Below, piece by piece: positions 1 through 12,600 of a stretch of 64,000 nt of DNA (position 1 is the stretch's first letter; each line of letters opens with the position of its first letter). The notes beneath the pieces are model-generated. The model was given only the letters and a program-made list of their open reading frames with translations, ran no database searches and had not been told where the DNA came from. The stretch comes from Squalus acanthias (lineage: Eukaryota), in the NCBI GenBank assembly GCA_030390025.1, contig CM059452.1, forward strand, positions 7,192,001 through 7,256,000. Reading direction: 5' to 3'. Position numbers and translations under genes: made by a program.

Positions 1-379
1 TTTTCAAATTAATATCAGAGTAATTTCAAAAAACGTGCAGACTTGAGGTGGTCGTAAATTGACAAGAGATCAATTAGAAATCAGCTTCATTGAAATTGAC
101 AGATTGAAGAGATCTATCTGCTGAGAGCACGATTGTTGCACCGTTTGTGTCTGTTCTGTTTCTGTGCGCCTGCTCACTGTGTGAGAATCAGGAGTCCTCC
201 TGACTGGTTGTAAACCTGCTGGTTTGTTCTCTTGTGTTTCATGGAGTACAATTCGACTCATTTATTTCAGAAGCTTGTATCTGTGAGAAATGCGATAGTT
301 TGAATTTAAGTTTGAGGAGGCGTCTCAGTAACCCAGTTTGTGACATTCAGAAGCAGCATTTCAGAAACACGTCTGACAG

Positions 380-1550
380 ACTGTAGAAGGAGCTTTAATC
401 AGTTTCTAACCCGTGCCGTGCCTGCCCTGGGAGTGTTTGATGGGACAGTGTAGAGGGAGCTTTACTCTGTATCTAACCCGTGCTGTACCTGGCCTGGGAG
501 TGTTTGATGGGACAGTGTAGAGGGAGCTTTACTCTGTATCTAACCCGTGCTGTACCTGCCCTGGGAGTGTTTGATGGGACAGTGTAGAGGGAGCTTTACT
601 CTGTATCTAACCCGTGCTGTACCTGCCCTGGGAGTGTTTGATGGGACAGTGTAGAGGGAGCTTTACTCTGTATCTTACCCGTGCTGTACCTGCCCTGGGT
701 GTGTTTGATGGGACAGTGTAGAGGGAGCTTTAATCAGTTTCTAACCAGTGCCGTACCTGCCCTGGGAGTGTTTGATGGGACAGTGAAGAGGGAGCTTTAC
801 TTTGTATCTAACCCGTGCTGTACCTGTCCTGGGAGTATTTGATGGGACAGTGTAGCGGGGGCTTTACTCTGTATCTAACCCGTGCTGTACCTACCCCGGG
901 AGTGTTTGATGGGACAGTGTAGATGGAGCTTTACTCTGTATCTAACCCGTGCTGTACCTGCCCTGGGAGTGTTTGATGGGACAGTGTAGAAGGAGCTTTA
1001 CTCTGTATCTAACCCGTGCTGTACCTGCCCTGGGAGTGTTTGATGGGACAGTGTAGATGGAGCTTTACTCTGTATCTAACCCGTCCAGCACCTGCCCTGA
1101 GCGTGTTTGATGGACAACGTAGAGGGAGCTTTACTCTGTATCTAACCTGCACTGTACCTGCCCTAGGACTGTTTGATGGGACAGTGTAGAGGGAGCTTTA
1201 CTCTGTATCTAACCCGTGCTGTACCTGCCCTGGGAGTGTTTGATGGGACAGTGTAGGGGGAGCTTTATTCTGTATCTAACCCGTGCTGTTATGCCCCGTG
1301 AATCTTTGATGGTTCAATGTAGAGGGAGAATTTACTCTGCATCTAGCCCATGTTGTACCTGCCTTGCGAGTGTTTGATTGTGCAATGTAGATGGGGCTTT
1401 ACTCTGTATTTAACCAGTACGGTGCCTTACCCGGAGTGTTTGACAGTGCTGTGCAGACTTGGCGTTGCTCGGAATCAATCCCTTCCTATACCTGAGGGTA
1501 CAGCGGATGGCAGGGCAGTGCAGAGGGAGCTTTACTCTGTATCTGTACTG
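380..1550 (+). repeat. 67-bp tandem repeat (~17 copies, degenerating at 3' end)
   Basis: Unit CCGTGCTGTACCTGCCCTGGGAGTGTTTGATGGGACAGTGTAGAGGGAGCTTTACTCTGTATCTAAC; consecutive starts at 411 and 478. Confidence 0.95.
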
Positions 1551-1974
1551 TAACAGATCTGTGAGTGCTTTGTCCCGTGTTGTTCAAGGAAACTTAATGT
1601 GAATCCAACTAATAAAGTGTGAGTTCTCCAGCCAGACATATAAAAATAAAACTTTCCATTGCTCCGATGAAACAACCGCACATTAATTGAGTTTAACCTC
1701 ATTGCAAATAAAACTGCCCATTTTTTAATGAATTGATTAAACTTTACACATTTTGAGTATCAGATAATGATTGAATGAGATTGGCCTGATCCTGAGCTCA
1801 CTTTCAGAACAAACAGTTTCAGGAAGTGACTGTAACGCTCCAGAAAGCAGCGCCTGTTCTGATCTGATGGGAGGCTGGAAGTTATTTTGAGAATTTAAAT
1901 GGAGAATGTCGAGACTCCCGCTCCAAATAACCATCATGGGAACCTTATGTTTGAAAGCATTATTTCGTTCAATT

Positions 1975-2064
1975 GGTTTTAAAAAGGTAACAGGCCGGGA
2001 CAAACTCGGGTGAGGTGCAGCTATTGGACTGGGTCACAGCACAAGGCTCACAGTCACTGAGCCG
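1975..2064 (+). pseudogene. Degenerate J-like segment with degenerate 22-bp-spacer RSS
   Basis: GGTTTTAAA(1975-83)-22 bp-TCGGGTG(2006-12), then a frame GAAIGLGHSTRLTVTE resembling (W/F)GxGTxLTV; no GT donor follows. Confidence 0.3.
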
Positions 2065-2199
2065 CACCTCTGTGAAACATTTAAAGAGAAATAGTCAGCC
2101 TGCGATGAGTCGTCATTCATAATAAGCTTTAAGACACTGTGACGGTATCCGATTGAATCATTTGAGTCAAATTCCTCAGTTCCTTTATTTTAAGCATCC

Positions 2200-3462
2200 T
2201 CTTGCATTATAACCAACAATAAAAATAAATCTGATAGAGGTGTTCAACATTATCAAGCGTTTCCTTACATTAAATCGGGAAGAACTAATTCTGCTGAGCC
2301 GTGTAGAATCACAGAATCTCAAAGCACAGAAGGGGCCATTCGGCCCGTTTTGCCTATGCTGGCTCTGAACGAGCTGTCCAATCAAATCCCAGCTTTTTCC
2401 TCGTAACCCTGCAATGAGTCCTCTTCAAGAACATGTCCAGTTGCCTCGTGCATTCCAGAACTTAACAACCCTCTGTTTGAAAAAATGAGCCTCATTTCCC
2501 CTCTCGATATTTTGCCAATTAATTTAATTCTGTGACCTTTGGTTACCGACCCACTCACCAGAGGAAACCGTTCCTCCCGACTTGCTCTGACAAAACCTCT
2601 CACAATTTTGAACAGCTCTATTAGGTCTCCCCTGAACCTTCTCTGCTCCAAGGAACAATCCCAGCGTATCCAATCTCTCCGCATAACTGAAGTCTCTCAT
2701 TCCTGGAATCATCCTGATCAACCTCCTCTGAACCCTCTCCAAGTCCTTGTCATCCTTCCTAAATTGTGATGGTCAGAATTGAATACACTGCTCCATCTGA
2801 TGCCTAACCAGTGATTTGTAAAGGTTTAGCAGGAATTCCTTGTTTTTCTATTCAATGCCCCTTTTACAATGGCAAGTATCCCACACACTTCCGTAACCGC
2901 CTGATCAACTTGCCCTGCCACCTTCAAAGATTTGTGAATAAGCTCCCCAGGTCCCCCTGCTCTTGCATTCCCCACAAAATAGTGCCAGTTAGATTATACT
3001 GTCTCTTCCTGTTGTTACTCCCAAAGTGCATCATTTCACACTTATCTGCATTAAATTGCATCAGCCACATGTCTGCCCATTTCACCAGTCTGTCTATGTC
3101 CTCCTGACGTCCGCTGATATCCTCCTCCCGAGTTACTACGTTGCCAAGTTTTGCATCATCTGCGAACTTGGAAACTGTACTCCCTATAAGCAAGTCCAGG
3201 TAATTTATATATAAAACAGGAAAAGCAATGGTCCTAATACCGACCCAAGGGGGACCCCACTGCATACTTCTCTCCAGTCAGAAAAACATCCGTTCACCAC
3301 TGCTCTCTGCCTCCTCTCCCTCAGCCAATTACATACCCAAGTTACCTCCATCCTTTAATGTGTTTCTATTTTCCGAATAATTCTTTTGAGATACTTTATA
3401 AAACGCCATTTGAAAGTATATATGTACAACATCTACTGCAGCACCATCATCAACCCTCTCTG
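2200..3462 (-). mobile_element. CR1-type LINE 3' fragments (RT)
   Basis: ORFs with SKFADD, ERVQRR, RGDLIE motifs; broken frames. Confidence 0.9.
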
Positions 3463-4084
3463 TTACTTCACACTGTAGACCGAGCTTTCAGTATCTGACC
3501 AATAACCCGCAGGTGTTTGAGTTATCTGCACAAACCAGAAGCCAGAGTTGGCCACATCAGCAGTCAGCACATTAGTAATTGTTTGTCCTTCCTTGCATAG
3601 AACCCGCTGATAACCAATCGATTTATAATGTTTAAGGATTGTCAATATTAGATATTTAGAGAAGAAACCTGTCCCGATGTTTAGATTATGTTCGGTACAA
3701 ACAGCAACAAGAAGTGACTGTACCGACCCAGAAAGCAACGCCTGTTCTCACTGGTGGGAGGTTGAAAAGTAATTTGGAAAATGAAATGGACCATTTAAAG
3801 AGCATCGTTCCATATAACCGGCTTTGGGAATCGTATTTAATTCGGATTATTTAATTGAGTGAGTGGGAGGAGGAAAGTCAGGAGATATCCATTCAGTAGA
3901 ATGGGATAGAGCCCAAGTCACACTGCATCGCTCTCCCTCCAATTCTGAGAAGGAAAGAGAGAGACTCGAATCAATCCGGATTCATCTAAAGCTTGAATCT
4001 TAGAAACCAGGCTGTGCAAAAGTTCCCAATTCAAATCCGTGCGTTAAATTATTCCGCTCACATTTTAAAGGCGACTTCAACCAT

Positions 4085-4440
4085 TTATTGTAAACGTCCT
4101 TTATTGTCATGGGAACAATGAAGATTTAGATGAGGTCTGATAGAGGGGTTTGGAATTCTGAAGGGTTTTATGAAGGGATTCGGGAAACATATTTCCCCGG
4201 GTCGGTGAGTTGGTGAGTAAATGGCACTGATTGAAAATCAGCAGCAACAGAATGAACACAGGGGGCTGCTGGCCATGGGATGTCCTATCAGAAAGAGGGC
4301 TGCATGCAGAATCCATAATAGCTCGATAAAATTGTACAGTTGAGAAGATTGGGAATTGGAAGATGCACGGGATTGGTGGAGAGATCTTTCAGAGGCGTGA
4401 TTGGCCGAATAGCCTCCTTCTGTGGTGTAAAGTTGTATTA
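4085..4440 (+). mobile_element. Decayed CR1-like 3' fragment
   Basis: Resembles the RGDLIE..3'UTR portion of other CR1 copies in the window. Confidence 0.55.
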
Positions 4441-4577
4441 TTTTATAATTCTGGTCATGCTCTATAAACATGCTGGGATTTGTTTTAAAGGTAATACAAC
4501 TAGTAGATCTAGCTGTAGGAGTTGTGTGATTAGGAGAACTAATCCCACCGCTATTCAAACAAGTCTATCCCCTGAAA

Positions 4578-4790
4578 ACTACAACTTGCATTTATATAGC
4601 GCCTTTAACGTAGTAAAACGTCCCAAGACGATTCACAGGAGCGTCAGCTGATACAATCTGACACCAGGCCACATAAGGAGATATCATTTTATTCTTTAGT
4701 ATGGTTGGTAGTTACTCTGACAGTTGACCAAAAGCTTGGTGAAAGAGGTAGGTTTTAAGGCAGCATCTTACAATGGAGAGATGACGACAC
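4578..4790 (-). mobile_element. L2-like LINE 3' end fragment
   Basis: Tail ACAACTTGCATTTATATAGCGCCTTTAACGTAG also at 43681 and related to the SINE tail at ~42000. Confidence 0.6.
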
Positions 4791-5225
4791 TTTGATATCA
4801 TGGTGGCCTGATTCTGTGCTGATAATAAGAGGCTGACAGCAAAAGGATGTAGGGAGGAGCTCAGTGGACAGAATGTGAAAGAATCTAATGTGAAAGTGGT
4901 TGAGGAATGAGGGGAGTGTTCCATAACAGGGGATCAAGAGCTGGAGGAAGTCCACGATACAATATTCCGGCATTCACTCGGTATAAAGGGGCCTCATGGA
5001 CAGAATGCCCCTTTCAGACTCCTGACTTTTCTTATGTACAAGACTGGAGTCACATGAAGGCATTTCACGTCGGGTCTCACAACTCACAGAAACTCAAATG
5101 CTGATCTAGGTTTGGATCGGCAAATGATGGAATAAGTTCATCCTGTAGTCACATTTCGAGTTGTTGGTTATGATATAAGCACGGATTACAGAGTCTAACT
5201 TGTTCAATTGGCCACTCTTTCCCAG

Positions 5226-5525
5226 CGAAACCGTCTCCTCCCACCCTCTACGCCCTGCTCTCCTCCTGTGAACAACCCAACACCGGCGGCCCCGTCACCT
5301 ACGGCTGTTTGGCGATGGACTACTTCCCGGAAATCACCAGCCTTTCCTGGAGTAAAGATAAAGAGCCGATCACCACTGGATTGAAGACCTACCCGTCAGT
5401 GTTCAACAAGAAGGGAACCTACACCCTGAGCAGCCAGTTAACCATCACCGAGTCAGAGGTGGGGAGCAGCGCCATCTACTGCCAGGTTCGACAAAGTGGG
5501 TCGGACTTAAGCGTCAAAATGCCAG
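5226..5525 (+). CDS. IGHM: IgM heavy chain Cmu1 exon
   Basis: cag|...|gttag, phase 1; [59 protein letters not shown]...IYCQVR, closely matching elasmobranch mu CH1 as recalled. Confidence 0.95.
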
Positions 5526-5539
5526 GTTAGTGTTGTGGG

Positions 5540-6335
5540 ATACAGGGGGAAACTGTGAAAAGCAGAGAAGTTATGTTCAACTTCTATACAACCTTGGTTA
5601 GACCAGACTTAAGAGTACTGTGTACAGGTCTGGTCTCTATATCACACTTAGAGTACCGTGCACAGGTCTGGTCTCCATATCACACTTAGAGTACTGTGTA
5701 CAGGCCTGGTCTCCATATCACACTTAGAGTACTGTGTACAGGCCTGGTCTCCATATCACACTTAGACTGCTGAGTACAGGTCTGGTCTCCATATCACACT
5801 TAGAGTACTGCCTATAGTTTTGGTTTCCATATTATAAGAATGATACAGAGGCACTGGAGAAGTGCAAAAAAAGATTTACAAGGACGATACCAGAAAGAAA
5901 AATTGTAACTGACAAGAATGATTGAACGGACTTGGGATCTTTTTTGTAGAAAAGAAAGTCTGAGGGGTGACCGAATAGAGGTCTTTAAAATTATGAAGGG
6001 TTTGAAAGGTTAGACGCAGAGACAATATTTCTGCTTGAGGAGGAGCCCAATACTCGGGGCCATAAATATAAGATAATCACTAATAAATCAATATGGAATT
6101 CAGGAGAAACTTCTTTACCCAGAGAGTTGGTAGAATGTGGAACTCGCTACCACATAGAGTGGTTGAGGCGAACAGCATAGATGCGTTTCAGGGGAATCTG
6201 GATAAGTACAGGAGGGAGAAAGGAATAGAAGGTTATGTTGATGGGGGAGATGAAATAGGGAGAGAGGAGGCTCATGTGGAGCATAAACACCGACCTGTTG
6301 GGCCGAGTGGCCTGTTTCTGTGTTGTAGATTCTAT
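5540..6335 (+). mobile_element. CR1 LINE 3' fragment containing a 38-bp tandem amplification (5604-5831)
   Basis: RRNFFTQRV motif; ~6 copies of CACACTTAGAGTACTGTGTACAGGTCTGGTCTCCATAT. Confidence 0.9.
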
Positions 6336-6407
6336 GTAAAAAACCGCTTTACAGTTCTTATTGTTTGGATTACAACAAATAATCCCAATAAAATGTATTT
6401 CTTGCAG

Positions 6408-6719
6408 ATCGTGTGGTACATCATCCAACTGTGATCCTCACCCTGAGTTCCAGTGAAGAAATCATCAGCAGCAGGTCTGCAACCGCCGTGTGTTCAATCA
6501 TCGATTTCCGTCCAATGTCACTGACCGTGAATTGGCTGAAGAATGGACAACTCATGGATTCGGGCTTCGTCACCTCTCCCGTCTTTGAAGTGAACGGGAA
6601 CTTCTCGGCGACCAGTCGGCTGACATTCACCGCAGGGGAATGGTTCGCCGGCTTGGTCTATACCTGCCAGGTCTCTCATCAAGGGGACATCCAAAGCCGA
6701 AACATCACCAGATCTCCGG
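6408..6719 (+). CDS. IGHM: IgM Cmu2 exon
   Basis: ttgcag|..|gtaag; [19 protein letters not shown]...VCSIIDF...WLKNG...YTCQVSHQG. Confidence 0.95.
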
Positions 6720-6779
6720 GTAAGAGACACAACCCCGAGAAGTCCCAGATCATTCTGAGCGCCGCACTCAGTCAGGAGT

Positions 6780-7385
6780 CATAGAGTCATAACGGCACAG
6801 AAGGAGGCCATTCGGCCCATCGAGTCCGTGCCGGCTCTCTGTTGAGCAATCTAGTCAGTCCCATTCCCCTGCTCTATCCCCGTAGCCCTGCAAGTTTATT
6901 TCCCTCAAGTGCCGATCCAGTCTCCCCTTGAAAACATTGAGTGTCTCCGCTTCCACCACTTCCGTTCGCATTCCAGGTTATCACCACTCGCTGCGTAAAA
7001 AAGCTTTTCCACACAACCCCCCTGTATCTCTTGCCCAAAACCTTAAATCTGTGACCCTAGTTCTTATACCACCAACTAGTGGGAACAGGCTTTCCCCGTC
7101 TAGCCTATCCAAACCCGGCATAATCTTGTACACTTCTATCAAATCACCCCTCAACCTCCTTTGCTCTAATGAAAACAAATCCAGCTTCTCCAACCTGTCC
7201 TTGTAGCTAAGATCCCCCATCCCCGGAACCATCCTGGTAAATCTCCTCTGCACCCTCTCAAGGGCCTTCACATCCTTCCTAAAGTGTGGTGACCGGAACT
7301 GGACACAATACTCCAGTTGTGGCCTAACCAGCGCTTTATAAAGATTCAGCATAACTTCTCTACTTTTGTACTCAATACCTCTATT
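6780..7385 (-). mobile_element. CR1 LINE 3' fragment
   Basis: LYKALVRPQLEYCVQF..RRLRGDLIEVYK. Confidence 0.92.
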
Positions 7386-7671
7386 GTTTTATTGGACTTT
7401 TATTGGAATTAGTAAAAAGCACAGATTTATTTCTAATTTCCAATCATACAGTTTGTGTTTCCTTCCGATGTCAGTGCTGACACAGGGTTCCTCACGGTTC
7501 AGGATTCCAGCACTTCGCCAAATGGTTCCCTCAGCTGTGATGTCAGACAGTGAGCGAGGTGTCCGCGGTCTCAGGTTTATCCTGAGTTGGCTGATCATAT
7601 TCGGAGCGACAGTAGGTGTCTGGAACCCTTTACTGGTAACTGTCTCGGGACCCACTGCTAGAAAGGACATC

Positions 7672-8215
7672 TGCCCTATTTAGAGAACTGCGTTCAATTC
7701 TGGGCACCACACATCAGGATGGATATACTGGCTTTAGAGGGGATGGAACGCAAATTCACCCGAATCATACCCGGGCTGAAGGGGTTAAATTATGAGGACA
7801 GGCTACACAGAATAGGCTTGTATTCCTTTGAGTATAGAAGATTAAAAGGTGATCTAATTGAGGTGTTTAAGTTGATAAATGGAATTGATAGGGGAGATAG
7901 AGATAAACTATTTACTCTGGTGCGGGAGTCCAGAACTAGGGGCATAACCTTAAAATTAGAACCGAGCTGTTCAGGGGTGATGTCAGGAAGCACTTCTTCA
8001 CACAAAGGACAGTGGAAATCTGGAACTCTCTCCCCCAAAGGCTGGGGGTCAATTGAAAATTGCAAAACTGCGATTGATAGATGTTTGTTAGGCAAGGGTA
8101 TCAAGGGTTACAGAAACAAGGCGGGTAGATGGTGTTGAGGTGTAGATCAGCCGTGATCTCATTGAATGGCGGAACAGGCTGGATGGGCCGAATGGCCTAC
8201 TCCTGGTTCCCATGT
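7672..8215 (+). mobile_element. CR1 LINE 3' fragment
   Basis: RRLKGDLIEVFK; CR1-type 3'UTR. Confidence 0.9.
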
Positions 8216-8913
8216 TGTAATTACTGCCCTGCGGTCATATTTCCTTCTGACTCTCTCATCAGACATGTTAAGTGCTCACTAATGACAGAAATGAACAAAC
8301 TACTTCACATCGGCATTACACATTTTTCACCACCCAAAGACCCCTTGGAACTCCATTCTCCCGACCTTTCACTTCTCCTCTGACAGGACCTGCAACTGGT
8401 TCCTGGACATTTTCATCGCTCCCAAAATCGCAACAAGACATCAGAAAATTAACTTTGTTTCCTGTTGCACCTAAAATCCTGGATATCATTTGACACTCGT
8501 TTTGAACCAGTGTAATTTTCGTGTAGAGCTCTTGACCCTGGGGGCGGAGCCATTATAATGATCGGGAATGCGTTCGGGCACAAGGATCTGCAGACGAGCG
8601 TAAAGGAGCAAGGGATTTCAGGAAGAGCGCTATTCAGTGCGTAACACAATTGCGCCCGAATTTATTCATTTTTTACGCCGGGTATTTGCTTCACAGCCCA
8701 TTACAGGAGGCTCTGGGAGCAACTACACCGGAAATGTTAAAGTCTCCCGGAATCGTTTTCAATTCGTTGTCCTTCCAATAACGATGGTGTTTAAGCAGCA
8801 ACGAGAGGTTAATATCTCAAAGGTGATTTATTCTCCCTGAGAGAGTGAAGGCTGAATACTGGTGTCCTGATTCTGAAGATGAAGCTTTGCTTGACCTTCA
8901 TTTCTGTTCACAG

Positions 8914-9222
8914 ATGGTTCCTCATGCAACGATCCAGAAATCACTCTTCCGCAACCGTCACTAGAACAGATCTTACTGGAGGCGACTGTGACCTTAACCT
9001 GCGTCGTGTCTAATGCTCCTTATGGAGTCAACGTGTCCTGGACCCGAGAAAAGGAGACTTTGAAATCAGAGATTGCCGTCCAACCCGGAGAGGCTCCCAA
9101 CAGCGTGATCAGCAACTTAAACATCTCGACACAAGCCTGGCTGAGTGGGGATGAGTTCTACTGCGTGGTGAGCCATCAGGATATGCCGACTCCTATAAGA
9201 GATTCCATCCACAAGGAAAAAG
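8914..9222 (+). CDS. IGHM: IgM Cmu3 exon
   Basis: cacag|..|gtgag; [43 protein letters not shown]...FYCVVSHQD. Confidence 0.95.
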
Positions 9223-9739
9223 GTGAGCGGTGAGATTGTAGCAATAAGTGAGACTCTGTGAATATTTCCGGTGTTGTGCACGGCCCAATTCATTCTATTA
9301 AGTGTTTTAATGGACTGCTCTGATAATTCAATTGGTAATTCCACTAACTAAACCCTCAGGGACCCGAGATGGTGCATTTCAGGGGAAGCTGGATAAGTAC
9401 ATGAGGGGGAAAATGAATAGAAGGATATGTTATTAGTGTTAGATGAAGTAAGGTGGGAGGAGTCTCGTGTGGAGCATAAACAGCGGCATTGACCAGTTGG
9501 GCCGAATGGTCTGTTTCTGCGATTTAAATGCAATATAATTTCCCAGTCCAACTCTTCAAGCTCCCAGAGAGAAGGATTATATCCCGCTCTGCTCCAGGCT
9601 GGATAACTGGACAGGACACAGAGGGGGAAAAGGAATCCTTTAAATTCAGTACAAAACACATTTCTCTCACATCTAACCGCCGGTTTCATTGTCTCTGGAA
9701 TTCTCCAGTTTATTGACCTTTATTGTAATTGTTCTGCAG

Positions 9740-10131
9740 CTAAACATCCGCGGGAACCGTCCGTGTCTGTCCTCCTGCCCCCGGCAGAAGAAGTCTCCGC
9801 TCAGAGGTTCGTCAGCCTCACCTGCTTAGTGAGAGGTTTCTCCCCCCGAGAGATCTTCGTCAAGTGGACACTCAATGACAAGCCGGTGAATTCCGGCAAC
9901 TACAAGAACACCGAGGTGATGGCGGAGAACGGCAGCAGTTCCTTCTTCATGTACAGCCTGTTATCCATTGCAGCGGAGGAGTGGGATAGCGGCGCTTCTT
10001 ACTCCTGTGTGGTGGGACATGAAGCGATCCCCTTGAAGATCATCAACAGAACGGTTAATAAATCCAGCGGTAAACCCAGTTTTGTCAACATTTCCCTTGT
10101 TCTGATGGACACCGTCAATTCTTGTCAATGA
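9740..10131 (+). CDS. IGHM: IgM Cmu4 exon plus secretory tailpiece (internal donor after 10069 for membrane form)
   Basis: ctgcag|; ...[24 protein letters not shown]|[19 protein letters not shown]; tailpiece NIS sequon and penultimate Cys. Confidence 0.97.
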
Positions 10132-10159
10132 GAATCTCTCGATTGCATTTCAGTTCTTG

Positions 10160-10175
10160 AATAAAAACCAATAAA
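10160..10175 (+). terminator. Secretory-form poly(A) signals (2x AATAAA)
   Basis: AATAAA at 10160 and 10170, about 30 bp after the stop. Confidence 0.8.
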
Positions 10176-10561
10176 GGCCTTTTCTTCCAATCGTCAGTTA
10201 CACACACAGCCGCTCAATTAATTGTGTTTCCCAGTTTTGCCAAGCGGAGGGCTGTTTATCTGCATCAGGCGATTTGCCGGTCTCGGGCCCAAGGCTTGTA
10301 CAGCCAGCGCTCCCAGCTCAGATACACCACGGGTTAGAGACAGACTGAAGCTCTTTCATGACAGGATTCCTCAAAGTCACTTCAGCAACTTTCCTCCCGC
10401 TGGGGGGAATCAAAAAGTTCCCGTTTCAGACAAACAAACGCCTCACATTTAGATCTCGGTGTCCCTGTTTCTCGTGTTGTCCATCCCTTCAGAATTGGAG
10501 CTAGTTTTATTTTGCAACATCGCACCCTCTGGGATCTGAAATAAGGCCACAAACGAACACG

Positions 10562-11540
10562 AACTGTAACCCCCACTCCCCACCAGAGAGAGGGGAAGGG
10601 CAATTGTTAACCCACTGTACCCCCACTCCCCACCAGAGAGACGGGAAAGGGCAACTGTTAACCCACTGTACCCCCCACTCCCCCACAAGGGAGAGGGGAA
10701 AGGGCAATTGTTAACCCACTGTACCCCCCACTCCTCCACCAGAGAGAGGAGAAAGGGCAATTGTTAACCCTCTGTACCTCCCACTCCCCCACCAGAGAGC
10801 GGGGAAAGGGTAATTGTTAACCCACTGTACCCCCACTCCCCACCAGAGAGAGGGGAAAGGGCAATTGTTAACCCACTGTACCTCCCACTCCCCCACCAGA
10901 GAGAGGGGAAAGGGTAATTGTTAACCCACTGTACCCCCCACTCCCCACCGGAGAGAGGGGAAAGGGCAATTGTTAACCCACTGTACCTCCCACTCCCCCA
11001 CCAGAGAGAGGGGAATGGGCAATTGTTAACCCACTGTACCTCCCACTCCCCCACCAGAGAGAGGGGAAAGGGCAATTGTTAACCCACTGTACCTCCCACT
11101 CCCCCACCAGAGAGAGGGGAAAGGGCAATTGTTAACCCACTGTACCCCCCACTCCGCCACCAGAGAGAGGGGAAAGGGCAATTGTTAACCCGCTGTACCC
11201 TCACTTCTCCACCAGTGGGAGGGGAAAGGGCAATTGTTAACCCGCTGTACCCCCACTTCTCCACCAGAGAGAGGGGAAAGGGCAATTGTTAACCCGCTGT
11301 ACCCCCACTCCCCCACCAGAGAGAGGGGAAAGGGCAATTGTTAACCCTCTGTACCCCCACACCCCCACCAGAGAGAGGGGAAAGGGCAATTGTTAACCCA
11401 CTGTACCCCCACTCCCCCACCAGAGAGAGGGGAAAGGGCAATTGTTAACCCTCTGTACCCCCACACCCCCACCAGAGAGAGGGGAAAGGGCAATTGTTAA
11501 CCCACTGTACCCCCACTCCCCCACCAGAGAGAGGGGAGGT
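10562..11540 (+). repeat. ~53-bp C/G-tract minisatellite (~18 copies)
   Basis: CCCACTGTACC(C/T)CCCACTCCCCCACCAGAGAGAGGGGAAAGGGCAATTGTTAA. Confidence 0.95.
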
Positions 11541-11939
11541 GAACCAATCTCTATTATATGAACTTAGTTGACATCAGTAAAAAGTCAGCTTTAACTCACA
11601 GTCTAAAAACGTTAAAGTTGCCGGATGAGAATCATATTGTAAATTAAATATTTATTCAACAACTTATCTTTAACTAGTGTTTGGGGTAAATCAGTCCCTG
11701 TTATTCATAAACTAACAGATTTAATTCTAATAGTCCAAATCTGAACTGGTGATTGAATCCTCTGCGGGTTTCTCACGGTTCTGTCGCTGATGGTTTGAGG
11801 CCCATCGGTTGACGTCACATTGCGTCTCACACAGAACACATTTACACAGAGCGGGGAAGAATGCGTGTAAAGTTAGTGTGTCTGTGTTTATGTGTCAGTG
11901 CGTTTGCGATTTTGTGGAAGTGATTCTGTTTTGTGAAAG

Positions 11940-12600
11940 TGCACACTTACACATAAACACACACAGACTTACACATAAAGACACGAATTAACACATTGAC
12001 ATAGAATATTACACATACCCAGAATATAATACACACCGTCATTGTCAGATCCACTTATTGGTACTCTCTGAAACTTTGAACAGTACCGGAAATACACACG
12101 CGCACACCCTTAAACAAAACACACACAAACACATGCATTAACACACACACACTTACACACCCATAAACTCTCACATCAACACAAACACACACACACACAA
12201 ACACACACAATTACACAGGAACACTCACCCGCTTACACCTAAACAGACACAAACACTTACACATAACCATAAACCTACACATAAACACACACATGGACGC
12301 ACATACACAAAAACAACCACACACTTAAACATAAACACACTTACAAATAAACTTACACACAAACACACAATTACAAATAAACACACACACTTATACAAAG
12401 ACTTACACATAAACATGCACAAACTGACAAAAATGCACACAGACTTACACAAACACACACACTTACACAGCAACACACACACAATTACACAAACACACAC
12501 ACACACTTACACAGCAACACACACATTAACACTCAAACACAGACTAAAACAAAACAAGAGATTGTCAGACACACATACACAAACACGAATGCGCACAAAA
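11940..12600 (+). repeat. Degenerate (CA)-rich low-complexity tract
   Basis: Interrupted ACAC runs. Confidence 0.9.

Noticed and set aside
142-216. D segment (CACTGTG at 175 with nonamer-like flanks)
   Set aside because: 5' spacer 24 bp with a poor nonamer; the 3' heptamer CAGGAGT lacks CAC.
5226-10131. IgM1gj, IgW or IgNAR
   Set aside because: Four C domains including Cmu2, with mu-type sequence and tailpiece.
10382-11285. Trp/Gly-rich ORFs
   Set aside because: Translations of the 53-bp repeat.
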